Positions 51,584-64,000 of a stretch of 64,000 bases of DNA are shown one piece after another. The stretch comes from Octopus sinensis. Lineage: Eukaryota. The DNA is taken from contig NC_043009.1 in assembly GCF_006345805.1 (NCBI RefSeq), forward strand, positions 17,298,001 through 17,362,000, given 5' to 3'. The notes under the pieces are model-generated. The model was not told the DNA's origin. It searched no databases and saw nothing but the letters and a program-made list of their open reading frames with translations. Position 1 is the stretch's first letter; each line of letters starts with the position of its first letter. Position numbers and translations under genes: made by a program.

Positions 51584-53844
51584 TAATAACAACAACAATA
51601 TTAAAAAATAACAATAATAATAATAATTTCTTATTATCACCATTATTATTCATAATAAAAATAATAATAATGATGATACTAATAATTACATATAGAGTTG
51701 TATTTTTTAAAAGCTTCTCATTGTCTGTCTGATAATCAATAAAGTTAAGAGAGGGATAAGTGGAGAAGGTGGAGGGGAGGAGGAGGTGAAGAAGTGGAGA
51801 AGGAGGAAAGGGAAGGAAGATAGATCATTACATAGAACTTACCCCCACCCCCCACCTTACACCTTGAGTACTTCAGATTTTTACAATTTAACAGCACATT
51901 CTTACCATGACCACCACCACCACCATTGTCGCCGCCTTCACAACCACTCATCCACCAAATCTCTCTAGATTACTATACCACCACCACCACCACCACTACC
52001 ACGCCACTCTCATACCACAATCCCCTCCCCCCACCTCATTTACCAGTGTCTCATCTCATCAACACCAAAACTATGTATATTATACCCCACCCCCACCCCC
52101 CGTCACCTACTCTACCCTGCCTCACCCTCTTACACATATTTTACATAACCGTCGCCACCAACCCTCTTTCACTAACAAAAATTCACCAACACCCATAACT
52201 CCTCCTGCCACCCACCACCCCACAATCAGTGTCCACCACTCCTCTGTCTGCCCCACCCCACCCACACCACCCATTTGTTAAACAAAATAGAGTAAAAGAA
52301 AACGGACTCTCTTGGCATTTGTAACACTGATACAGTAAATAGACATTGATGTACATTTTGTGGCTGATAATGGTAATAATGATTTATTAATAATAATAAT
52401 GATTTAGTTTATTGGCCACAAGGGCCAAACACAGTGGGGACAGTACAAGGATAAAATACCCCCCAAAAAAAACAATATTGAGTAAAAACAGGGAAATTAA
52501 CAATATCGATAAAGAACAATAATAAATGAATAATAATAAAAAAGCATTAAGAAAATACCCCAAAATAGGTACCCTACTCAAAACCCCAGATTATTCTGCT
52601 TAGCAGAGTTATGGAGGCTAAAATTGTCTTTCCTCATCATTCCTCAACACTCCCTGCTCTGTATCCATCCAGTGTATTGCCAGCTGCAGAAGACATCCAC
52701 AAAACAGTAGAGAACAAATTTGAAATTTTACAATTGAGTTCATAGAGTAGACCTTATCAGTCTATGTAATTTACTACTTCAGTCCTTTCAACAGTTTGTA
52801 TCTTCTGGTGAAAGTTGCAACAGAGCCTTAAGGTATGCAACAAAATTCACATTCTACAGTCTACAGTCTGTCATGTATTTCTCATTAGCACCTGTATACA
52901 TCTATTTAGAATTTGGTAGAATGTAAGCTTTGTAGTCTGTCATTTGGACTTTATCATTTGAGCTTTTACTCTCTCCTGTTTCAGATCTTGTACCTCATCA
53001 TGCTGTAAAAATGGACAAGAGCCACACTCATTACAAACATATCAGATATAATGCTTTTTCCATCTACTTTAATCAATTAACTAGCTTCCTTTCTAGACAA
53101 TTATTCTCTGTTGATTGTAGCAACAACAACAATTGTTTCTAATTTAGGCACAAGGCCAGCAGATTAGGTGGAGGGGTTTTGTCTATTACAGTGACCCCAG
53201 TACCTAATTGATACTTTGTGTGCTTTATTGTGTTTCATCATAAGGGTGTTTCATCCTTATGATGAAAAGTAGATTTGGACAGTAATTGAACTTGGAATGT
53301 AAAGAGCTGGAAGAAATACCACAAGGTATTTCATTGGACACTCTAATGATTTTGGTAATAACAAAAATGAACTTTAGCCATAATGTCTTGAAGAGATTCA
53401 GAAAAAATACAAAGAAAGGCTAACCAAGGGTTGATGAAAATTTTGAGTAGAACAGATAAGTTGTACAAAGACAAGAGGGGGGGGGGTGCAGTGAAAGATG
53501 ATTTACAATGTACATAAACATATCAACATCATCATCATTGTTTTAACATCAACTTTTCCATGCTTGCATTGGTAAGATGGAATTAATTAAGGTGGATTTT
53601 TGATGACTGGATGCCCTCATCACCAATCCTCACCTGTTTTCAAATAAGATAATATTTCTCTATGACATGGAAGATTAGAAACAAAGGACACCGCTCACTT
53701 GATGGGGACATTCATTTACAGCTCTTGCATGATGTCAAGGCAAGTACACAACAAAACACGCATGCACATACACTAACACACACATATATATATATATATA
53801 TACATGCACATACATACACAATAATACATATATGTGCATGTATG

Positions 53845-53879
<35 letters not shown>

Positions 53880-53880
<1 letters not shown>

Positions 53881-54385
53881 ACAGAGAAATACAATGCAAA
53901 TAAGAGCAGTGCAAGAATACAGCCTTGTTTTGTCCCCATTTGAGACTGTGAGTGAATCAGACTTTTCCCTGCTAGATCTGACAGAAGCCATCATCCCTTG
54001 ATGGAAACAAGGGATGACATTGAGTATCTTTTCAGGAACACTTAGATTTCTAGGGACAGCCCAAAGAGCATCCCTAGATATAGAGTTGAAACCTTTAGCT
54101 AGACCTACAAAAGTGACAAAAGGGTCTTGGTTGTGCCCACAAGTCTTTTCCTGCAGCTGCCTTAGGCAAAAATTCATACCCACTGTGCCTCTACCAGCCC
54201 AAAATCCACACTGAGATTCAGGCAACACTAAGCTAGTAAGGGTATCATTTAATTTGTCTAAGATAGCCTTTCCAAAGGTCTTCTTGGCAACAGAGAAAAG
54301 GGTGATAACTCTATGGGTGTCACATTCATAGTTGTTAACTTTGTGCCTATAAAGATAGACAATAGAAGCATCTTTAAACTGTGGT
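53880..54385 (-). mobile_element. RTE (BovB-like) LINE RT fragment
   Basis: LPESQCGFWAGRGTVGMNFCLRQLQEK...FVGLAKGFNSISRDALW...GTKQGCILALLLFALYF. Confidence 0.9.
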
Positions 54386-54760
54386 CAGGTCATGTCTCAC
54401 ATATGAATGATATCAGAATTCCAAAGTAACTTCTCTTTGGCCAGTTCCCAACAGGAAGGTCAGTTGGAAGGCTACTCTTGTGCTTCAAAGACAAACTAAA
54501 TGACAATCTGAGTGATGCAACATTCCCTTTTCTTCTTCCTGGGAAAACAAAGCACCAAACTGCAGAACCTGGCACCAGTTCTGCTTCTCCTCTGTTCAAA
54601 GATTTGAGCAAAGTCAACTCCAACATTGGGACCAACTTTGAGCAAGCATGAAGAGATGCTTGCAAAATGCTGCTCCTCTAAATGGAAACCTTACTTGTCA
54701 TTGTGCATGAAGCAAAGCAAGCCTTGCTGTCCACCCAAGAAAAAACATAGTAAATGATCC
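54386..54760 (+). mobile_element. RTE LINE C-terminal fragment in the opposite orientation
   Basis: GHVSHMNDIRIPK*LLFGQFPTGRSVGRLLLCFKDKL matches the RTE GHV.RM...RIPKQLLYG..GRP..R.KD motif. Confidence 0.7.
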
Positions 54761-55269
54761 ACAAGCACTCAAGCAAACTGAGTCCTCAACTTGTTCCATT
54801 TGTCAAAAGGTTTGCAAGATACATTCATATCCATAGAACATGATTAACACTTTATTTTACTAAACCCTCATTTGTTGTTCATAAAGAGAGTCCATCATAT
54901 ATATATATATATGTACACACATTAAAAACTCTCAGTACACACTGTAAAATGTAAAGTGGTTGACATTAGGAAGGACATCCAGCTGTAGAAACTGAGCCAA
55001 ATCAGACTGGAACCTGGTGCTGCTCTATTGCTTGCCAGCCTGGTCAAACTGTTCAACCCATGCCAAAGGCATGGAAAACAGACATTTAAGGATGATGATG
55101 ATGATGATAAGGAGGATGATATATGATGGGCATTTTTCAGTTTTTGTCTACCAAATCTACTTAGGAAAAATACTTGCCTAAAGTGCCATGCTGTGAGATT
55201 GTACCTGAAGCGATGTAGTTTGGAAAGAAACTTCTTACCGCACTGCCATATCATGTATATGGGTATATA

Positions 55270-56157
55270 TGAGGCACAGTCAAAAAGTATCTGACTTTAT
55301 TTTTCCTGTGTAAACTAATGCTGTGAGTTGGAAATCCTTTGGGTGCACTCTTCCTGTGCAGGCAAGAAAATTTTGCACTGGTAGGCTGCATCAGTTCCTG
55401 GCTGTCACATCTAGAGTACAAACATATAGTGTGTACTCATTGTATTTTCGTTTTCAGTGAATGTGTTGAGCTGAGATATTGCATCAAGTCTTGGTGATAC
55501 TCAAGCTCAAACCATCCAGAAGATTCAGCAGGCCTTTGGTGATGATCCCATGGGGAAAACTCAGAGCAACCACTTCAAACGTGGACATACCTCAGTGGAG
55601 AGTGATGCATACTCAGGCAGGCTATCCACAAACCAAAATGAGGAGCTAATTGAGAAGATTGAGAAGATTCAGTGAATAGTTGTGGATGACTGTCGTGCAA
55701 CAATCCAGGAAATTACTTGTGAAGTGGGAAGAAGCACAGGAGCAGTGCATTCCATTTGAAAGTTTGTGCATGCAGAGAGTGTCTGTGAAACTTGTCCTCA
55801 ATGTGCTAGCAAATTAGCAAAAGCAACTCCACATGGAAATTGCTCAGGACATGCAGGACTGAGCCAACCACAACCCAGGATTCACAACGACCATCATCAC
55901 TGGTGATGTGACATGGGTTTATGGTCTCTATTTGACGCATTGGGTCATCTTACATGAAAACGAAAATCCAATGAGTGCACACTACATTTCTGTACTCTAG
56001 GCATAACTGCTGTGAACTGACGCAGTCTACTAGCATGAAAAATTTCCCACAAACGCAGAAATGGTGGCATCACCTCCCACACAAAGGATCTTGCTCACAA
56101 GGCATTAGTTTTTGGTGGGAAAACATAAAGTCAGATACTTTCTCAACACACCCAGTA
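55270..56157 (+). mobile_element. Mariner element, internally deleted
   Basis: TIR cores AAAGTATCTGACTTTAT / ATAAAGTCAGATACTTT; TQAQTIQKIQQAFGDD, FKRGHTSVESDAYSGRLST and IITGDVTWVYG. Confidence 0.8.
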
Positions 56158-56289
56158 TGTATATATATATATACACATAATGTACTGTTCTGTGATGTAA
56201 GATCAACACAAAAAAATGCTCCATCTGGTGAGAGATAAATGCTATTTAATAAACACAGTATATGTTTTTATGTGCTCATATTAGTTTCA

Positions 56290-57080
56290 TGCAATAAGAA
56301 TGGATGAAGATAGTTGTGTGAAAAAGTGCCACACCTTAGCAGTTGAGGGAACCTGTGGAAGAGGTAGACCCAGGAAAACCTGGGACGAGGTGGTGAAGCA
56401 CGACCTTTGCTCTTTAGGTTTCACCGAGGAAATGACCAGAGACCGAGACCTTTGGAAGTATGCTGTGCATGAGAAGACCTGGCAGGACAAGTGAGGCCAT
56501 AACCCGTGGCCTCTACCTGGGACTTAGTCAGTCCACTTGTGCATACCTGCCTTCTTGGGACACATAACTCTACTTGTGAAGACCTGTTGAGGCAAGTGAA
56601 AATCAAAATCGAAATCGATCAACATCAATGGAATTTGTAGTTGTGATACCAGTGCTGGTGACACGTAAGAGAACCATCCGAATGTGGCCGTAGCTAGCGC
56701 CGAGTGCCGGTGGCACGTAAGTGAACCATCCGAACGTGGCCATAGCCAGCGCCACATCGACTGGCCTCATTGCCAGTGGCACGTAACAAACATCATCCGA
56801 TCGTGACCGTTGCCAGCCTCGCCTGGCCTCCGTGCTGGTGGCACGTAAAAAGCACCATCCGAGTGTGGCCGTTTGCCAGCCTCGTCTGGCACCTGTGTCG
56901 GTGGCATGTAAAAAGCACCTACTACACTCACGCAGTGGTTGGCGTTAGGAAGGGCATCCAGCTGTAGAAACACTGCCAGATCTGACTGGCCTGGTGCAGC
57001 CTTCGGGCTTCCCAGACCCCAGTTGAACCATCCAACCCATGCTAGCATGGAAAGTGGACGTTAAACGATGATGATGATGA
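56290..57080 (+). mobile_element. RTE LINE 3' end (ORF C-terminus, repetitive 3' UTR, (GAT)n tail)
   Basis: MDEDSCVKKC...VEGTCGRGRPRKTWDEVVKHDL...DRDLW; several GGCACGTAA..ACCATCCGA units; tail shared with SINE-like copies elsewhere in the window. Confidence 0.88.
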
Positions 57081-57168
57081 AAGCATGTCAGACAGTATTT
57101 CTTAACATGACTGGCATGTATTTATTGCATGAAACTAATAGTAGCACATAAAAACATATACTGTGTTT

Positions 57169-57220
<52 letters not shown>

Positions 57221-60024
57221 CACACACGCACACATGTGCACACACACATACATGTGTGTATGAGTATGTACATATATGAATGATTGAAAATTATAGGGCA
57301 CAAATATTTTCATTAAGATTTTTAAAAAATAAAGTACACAATCATTATAACAAGACATAATTAAAAAGAAATAAGACATAAAAATTTTACTGGCCCCATG
57401 TCTCTGCCTTCCTGACATTGTTGTCTTGAGTAACCGAAGGCGTCTGTTAACATTTTTTGAGTCATTTGGAATAGGACTATTCCAGATCATTATATCTCTG
57501 ATCTATTTTTTGCATGTTTACTGTATTCCCAACCTAACAGCAACTGTTATTTTTATCTCTTTGGAATGTCACTGGCATCACAGATATGCAGTTCTATCAA
57601 TTAGTTGTTAATTTGGTTTTGAAAGGAAGGTGATTCAGTTCTTCAGTCTCTGCTTGACCATTTTCATTATTTCTGAGGACAAATACTATTGTTGTTTTGT
57701 GAAAGCTATTCTTCCTCACTTATGTGTTGGCTTTTCTATGACCAAAACCTTTCTCATTACACATTGATAGAATGGTGCTGCTTGGTTGCTAATGTAAAAG
57801 GATATGGTGCTTGCTCATTGGTGTTTATTAGGACTATGAACAAGGTGATTTCTTCCACCATCCTGGATGTTGTATCTTTCGGTCCTCTCGAAAATGATTT
57901 TTGTTGCATTTGTCGCTGCTCCAGTTAGTCTTTGTTGCTTTCCTTTCTTGTTCTTCAGGTAAAGGTTACGAGGTGGTTCTTTCTACCACATATGTAGCAG
58001 CTAGGTATTTTTGTCTTGTATCACCAATCCCATGCCCTTTGTTTTGACAACCTCTACTACACACAATTCCAGTATGACTTTGTGGTCTTCAGGCTTCATT
58101 AGGACTAGTAAATCCATTTCGACACCTCCTGATCCCATATCGTTTCTTGCCAACCTTGCTTTGATCCTCCACTCATGCTGCAGTAAAAAAACTCATGGTT
58201 ACCCTTTATTTCTTTGCTCTATTTACTGGGCTGAAATGGAAGTATATCAAACATTTTCACCTATGTTTTGGCTGAGTCTTTAGTTTTTGTAGTAGAAGAG
58301 ATGGCAAAAGTAAAATGCTCTTACTTTATGACAAATTTCAAACAGATAGGAAAACTGCTCTCCACTGGGATCAGAAAAGCTTATTGTAAGAAACTAAATG
58401 CTTACACTACTCTGGCCAGAATCTACTGACTCTCTGAATTCACTTCACACAGCATTTTGCTTTGTGTGCCTGACAAAGAAAGAGGCAGACTGAATCACCT
58501 GCTTCTTGACATTACATCACTTCCTCCTTCGTTTCCAGTCTTGATGTCTTTCTTCCTCCCTTGCTTCTGTTCCTGTCATCTCCCTGTCTCCCTTGCTTTT
58601 GGTCCTGATGTTTCCCTTCTCCCTTGCCCCTGGTCCTGATATCTCCCTCCTCCTTTGCTTCTGGTCCTGCAGTCTCCACTTCTTCACACTTTTAAAAGTG
58701 CAACATGTGGTACCAAAACACTTTCCTTTCCCAGTTGAGAAAATTTCTCTTAAAATATCCTTGGATGTTTGTTGTAATTATCGTTTAAATGGTAATTTTA
58801 ATCCTTTCTAAAACATGGGGATATTATTTTGTCTTTGCTCTCTCTTGGATTAGATCCTGTGACAAAGAAAAATAGTCTGCTTTTACAAAATTCTGCCAAC
58901 TACTTTTTCCTCTCTGGTAACCGTGTTAAATCTAAAAATTCTGTCTGTGTTTTAAACAAGGTAAGACTAATTTTGAACACAGCAAAAATATGCCTAACCC
59001 TGTTCGAGTGTTGCTGTTTTTATTGCTGGTATCATTACTATCTTCAAAATTATTTGTTAGACTGTTAGAAATGTTTTTCTGATAATTTTTTATTAAGATA
59101 TTCATTTTCTTCTTTTTATTGATTTGGTTATATATTTTGTTTTTGCATTGCTTTTTCACTTTGTTTGCTATTGCAATATTTTGTCTTATAACAAGTTTCT
59201 GGTAGCCATTCTGAATGTGAACATATGGTTAACACATAAATGTAATAAGGTCTTTAAAAATATGGAATTTTGTTTTGTCTACCTTCCCCATTCCAGTGTT
59301 GGGACAGGCATTTCTCTGGTTATCATAAATTTTAGTAAAGTTTTCAAAGATAATTTCATTTGGTGATGCCAAAAATAAGTTCTGATACAGAGAGAAAAAA
59401 ATTACCTTCACACTGCAAGACTCAATAATAATAATGATGATGATGATAATGTTTGTTATTTAGGCACAAGACCAGGAATTTTTAGAAGTTGGGGGTTTGT
59501 CAACACCAGCTCCACAATAATAGACTGGTACTTTATTTAATCAACACTAAAAAGATGGAATGTAAAGTTGACTTTACAGGTATTTGAACTCAGTAGATAT
59601 ATCATAAGGCATTTTGTTCAATGTTCCAAGAATTTTGTCAAACCATGGGGCCAATTGCTTCTAGGATAATTAAAATCTTAAGGCATGTTAAAAGAGTTTA
59701 TAATAATTTATTTTATTTGTCAAAATAGTGAGGGATATGAACATTAAACAAATATTATAAGAATAGATTGCAAAAACAGTGTGGATTTATCCGAAATGGA
59801 TAATTAGAAAACAAAAATGAAAAAAAGATTCACGCTTATGTGGTTAAGAAGTTTACTTCACAACCATGAAATTTCTGACTCAATTTGCATGGCACCTTGG
59901 GGAAGTCTCTTCTACTACAACCCCAGTCAGTTAATGCCTTGTGAGTGAATTTGGTAGACAAAAACTGTGAGAAAGACCATTGTGCATTTGTGTATATACA
60001 TAAATAGATACATACATACATACA

Positions 60025-60058
<34 letters not shown>

Positions 60059-60399
60059 CATGCATACATATATTCATACATACATACATACATACATACA
60101 TACATACATACATACATACATACATACATACATACATACATACATACATGCATACATACATACATGCATACATACATACAAGTAACTGACCACTGTCCCC
60201 TACTCCAACTATGGTAAACAGCAGGAACAACCGCAATGGTTATTGTAGCAGTAGTGGTAATCAGAATTATATGCTGGTGAAATGTACCCTAACTGAAATT
60301 TTCCTAGGAAAAATAAGTTTGGCTTAGAGGTACTCTCCCAAGGAGAGAGTATTCCCTACCAAAGTAAGTAAAAAAACTACCAGATACGATATTAAAAAG

Positions 60400-61378
60400 T
60401 TGTTAACGAAATTGGTGACGAGTATTTACAACAGTGTGATGAACCCAGATACTGGCAGATTAACACCTCCTAAGAAGCTCTGGCTACTACTGCAAAACAA
60501 TGCATGAATGATATTCAAAAAGTAAACAAAACCGAAATAACAAAGAAAGTACCATCATGGGTTTTGAAGACAGAAAAAAAGATAACTGGCTTATGGAAGA
60601 CCATCAGTCATGTAATGATGCTTATTGCATGAAAACAACCAAATCGCAATATGTGTCACCAATAGAAAGTAAAGAAGATAGAAATGATGTTTGGAGGACA
60701 CTCGCTTGCAAACTGATTGCCCTCAAGCAGGAGCTAAAAGCTGTTAGTGAAAACCTCCGACATCAGAAAGGAATAACCGAGAGAAGAACAATAAACAAAA
60801 AAATGTTACCGCAACCAAGAAGCAGTATACAGAGACATGAGAGGAGGAGCAGTAAACATTACGAAAGCTCCTTTACAAGAAGTCAGACTCCTTCTGAAGG
60901 AAAATCTGGAGTGAAGAGAAGGAATTTAACCAACATGCTCTGTGGCTGGAAGAAATAAGAAAAAGTTATTGCTCTTGTATTACATCCAAGACAAACAACA
61001 TTGATGGTGAAACTCTTGCAACTGTGATTCAGAAACTCCAGGACAGAAAAGTATCTGGAAGGACTTGATTGTTGGATATTGGTACAAGAAGCTAACATTT
61101 TACCGACCAAATCTTATCAATCTGTACCAGCAAGCTTTTATTGGGAACAGTAGCATACCACACTGGTTAGCTCTGACAGAGAAAAAATTGATCCCCAAAT
61201 GTAGAACCACCCACATGGCACAAAACTACCAGCCGATTGCATGCCAGAACTTAATGTATAAGATATATGTTTAAAATTCTTCCTCCAGGACTATTGTGAA
61301 ACCAATAACATCATCACAGCAGAACAAGCTGCTGGGAAGAAGAGAGTCTGGGGATGTGCCAAGCAATTGTTAATCAAC
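60400..61378 (+). mobile_element. R4/Dong-like non-LTR retroelement RT relic
   Basis: IVGYWYKKLT...LIPK...NYQPIACQNLMYKIY...EQAAGKKRVWGCAKQLLIN; the clade assignment is tentative. Confidence 0.65.
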
Positions 61379-61384
61379 AAAAAA

Positions 61385-62190
61385 AAACATAGTGCCACAT
61401 CATCAAGGATGGCACCCCAAGCCCACCACAGTGAGGGTGTTGACAGAAGATGGATTTTCTAACCAGCAGAACCTGACCCTTCCATAAAAACTGGAAAAGT
61501 AAGCGCTCCAATCTGGTTGGAGTTTTCTTAGGACAAGGTGTGACAGCTAGGCAGTAGTACAATACCAAAGTGATATATACATATGCTACTTCTGCCCGGC
61601 CTTACAGAGACAGCTTCCTTTCTGCCTATTTCTGGGTGAGCTTGGCCACCCTAATCACGACCACTTCCCAGTTCCTGACTACCTGGAGATCTAGTCCAAA
61701 CCAGACTCCAAGTGCTTTTCACTGGACCCTCCATCCAGCGACAGAAATCACTGCTAGTCAACTTGCCTCTCCATGAGTTTAGTTGCAGACCTACTCACTT
61801 GTCCTGGTTTACAAGTGCTCTTGTGAACTCCTGATTTTCTTTCAGTATAGTGTCAATCTTTTCCATGTCCAAAGAGTCTGACACCATGACAGTGACATCA
61901 TCCACATATGCAGACACATCTCTCCTGTGACCCAGTTCTAGTGGGATACTCCTCAAATTCTCCATCCTTTACTGCTAGGGTTCTAAAGCTAAAATATATA
62001 AAAGCGAAGAGAAGTTGCATCTTTGGCATATTGAGCATTCAATACTGAAAGATTCTGAGAGGTGGCTATTCAATTTGACAACCAAGCAGATGCCATTATA
62101 TATTGTGGTGATCTAGCCTCTGAAGACAGGATTGAAACTGACAGCTTTTAGGACAGACACCAGGTAGTGGTACTCCATCCTGTCAAAATT
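61385..62190 (-). mobile_element. L1/Tx1 LINE RT relic
   Basis: FDRMEYHYL, VSAYVDDVTVMV, RLERLLFQFLWKG...GGLGVP. Confidence 0.8.
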
Positions 62191-63100
62191 GGCTGCAGCA
62201 AAACTACTTAGTTTCATGCTCACAAACTTTTGGGATTTAGGGGTTACAAGTGTATTTTCTTTCCCCCTTTACCTTTTTGAGGGTCGCTCAATGATCACCC
62301 ACTTGGGTGGTTTTATTTCATTTGGGGCCCCTTCTATATCCAAGGAGTCAGTAAGATTTCCTATGACTTTATTTCCTCTCTGTTCCAGTGTTTGAAGTTG
62401 TGGTTGCCACTGCTTTCCTCTTTGGGATTTGGCATTGGGAATATTGAAGCAGCATGAGGTACCTCTCACAACTTCTCTACAGTGGGGTAGAAAGCTTTTA
62501 AATGGCCAGTTTTGCTACAGATGTAACATCTGAGTTTCCTACCCTCCACAGCCACCCACATCTGCTCACACCCTCCAAAACAGAAAATGTCCAGGATAGC
62601 ATGAACTTCTTCTGGAGCAAGCAAAACCTGGAACTCCATGGACATTCTTGTATTGTTTTGTTGGAGGCTTGATCATAAGCCTATCACCTCTCCATGCTCC
62701 TCCTAGCATGGCCATTACTCTGGCCTGGTCCCTACGAGGAGGTATGTCTAAGACCCTGACCCTGGTCACACTAAGTCCCATGTATAAAGGGAGAATCACA
62801 TAATGGTAAAAAAAAGCAGGTCATTGTAGCTATCCTACCTGCTTCCTTTTCATTGCTACAGATAGCTGCCATGGTCCCATATTGTTTTCCTTGACAGACA
62901 TAAACTACGTAAGGTCACACCTCCTCCAGGCATTTTTCTATTTCAGCTGGGGAAGGGTATAGCGGCTTTTTCTTTCTGCAATTAATGCACTTATAAATTA
63001 TCATTCTCTTTTTGGTGGAAATCCTTTCCTCTTCTGGGAGAACCATGATGATGGGTCGAATAATATCTTTCTGACATTTTTTAACTGCCTCCTCTATTCC
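62190..63100 (-). mobile_element. L1/Tx1 LINE ORF1 relic with zinc knuckle
   Basis: TRVRVLDIPP and WVAVEGRKLRCYICSKTGHLK (CCHC knuckle, last Cys lost). Confidence 0.65.
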
Positions 63101-63588
63101 TTGCAAAGAATGCGTGGTCTGTATATTCGGATGTGTATCCTTGTTACTGTCTTCGTAAATAGCATTACTGTTGATGCTGTTGTAGCAGTCAGCAGCAGTT
63201 TTGTTGATGCTGATACTGCTGCTGATGGTTTTGTTACTACTATTATTGTTGTTGATGTTGTTCTTGCTGATGTCGTTATTGTTGTTGCTGGAGCAGTCAT
63301 GGGTCATGCTGGTGTTATTGATCTTGTTTTGGCTGTTGGTGATGTTGGTGGTGATGGTAGTGATGGTGCTGGTGTTGGTGGCGATGTTATTATCTGTAGG
63401 TTCTTTACAAAAGTCAAAGGGCGTGGTGACCTATACGCTTGGTTGACTGCTATAACAGGAGGGAGCAGATACATTTTCACCTGTGGGATTAGTCATTAAA
63501 GCATTTTAATTTATTAACTTGAAGAGGCAAGAGATTAAGTTGATTAATTAAGATTTGGATAGGTAGTGGATTGGCATAAACTTTAAAC

Positions 63589-63855
63589 CAACGGTTCTCA
63601 ACTGAAAATGGTAAGTTGGGGATCCACAGTAGTATTTTATGGGTCCGTGAAAACGTTTTGCTTTAGAGGTATTTATTGGAAGAAACAAGATTTATTTCTC
63701 TAACCTACATAAGTTAATGTACAAAAAACAAAATAGGAATTTTAAAGCCATAAATACAAAACTATTTTTTAAACTCTGGATGGCTTTGGGGCCCATCAGA
63801 GTGAAATAGTAACCAAAGGTGACTATAGATAAAAAAAAATGGTTGAGAACCACCA
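63589..63855. mobile_element. hAT MITE, probably the same family as 21484-21801 in the opposite orientation
   Basis: Termini CAACGGTTCTCAAC / GTTGAGAACCACCA; 8-bp TSD CTTTAAAC / CCTTAAAC. Confidence 0.75.
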
Positions 63856-64000
63856 CCTTAAACTATTGACAAAATGCTTGTACTAATTCATTACAACCCT
63901 TTAGAGTTGAAATTCCACCAAAATTAACACTGCCTTTTATCCTTCAAGTGCTTATAAATAAAGTACCAGTCAAGTATAAGTGTTGATTCCTATAAAGCAT

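Noticed and set aside
56650-56920. Repeated GGCACGTAA..ACCATCCGA units with variable spacers, CRISPR-like in appearance
   Set aside because: They lie in an RTE 3' UTR in a eukaryotic context; the spacers are related to each other and there are no cas genes.
62915-63499. Overlapping ORFs rich in N/S/T/V
   Set aside because: Trinucleotide low-complexity sequence at the 5' side of the Tx1 relic.

Overview
AT-rich, microsatellite-saturated eukaryotic DNA, most likely an octopus (coleoid cephalopod) genome. That assignment is inferred from the recurring tRNA-derived SINE families and the repeat style. Nearly all ORFs in the supplied track are translations of (CA)n/(TA)n/(CT)n/(AAT)n repeats or transposon relics. 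One convincing host exon is present: a 132-nt phase-1/phase-1 calcium-binding EGF exon on the minus strand (19077-19208), with a possible 32-nt micro-exon after it, so much of the window is probably intron of a large EGF-repeat gene. The rest is decayed mobile DNA: several SINE families, L1/Tx1, CR1, RTE, R4-like and Penelope-like retroelements, mariner and maT-like transposons, hAT/piggyBac/Kolobok-like non-autonomous elements and a Helitron. The most interesting signal is a 465-bp near-perfect palindrome (47150-47614) inserted in a (TA)n tract. It carries an intact type I hammerhead ribozyme motif on each strand, facing outward from the loop. An older foldback of unrelated sequence 1.1 kb away (48722-49397) has the same two-hammerhead layout, and several more foldbacks and decayed hammerhead relics are scattered through the window. 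All calls were made by eye without database searches, and repeat boundaries are approximate unless termini are quoted.
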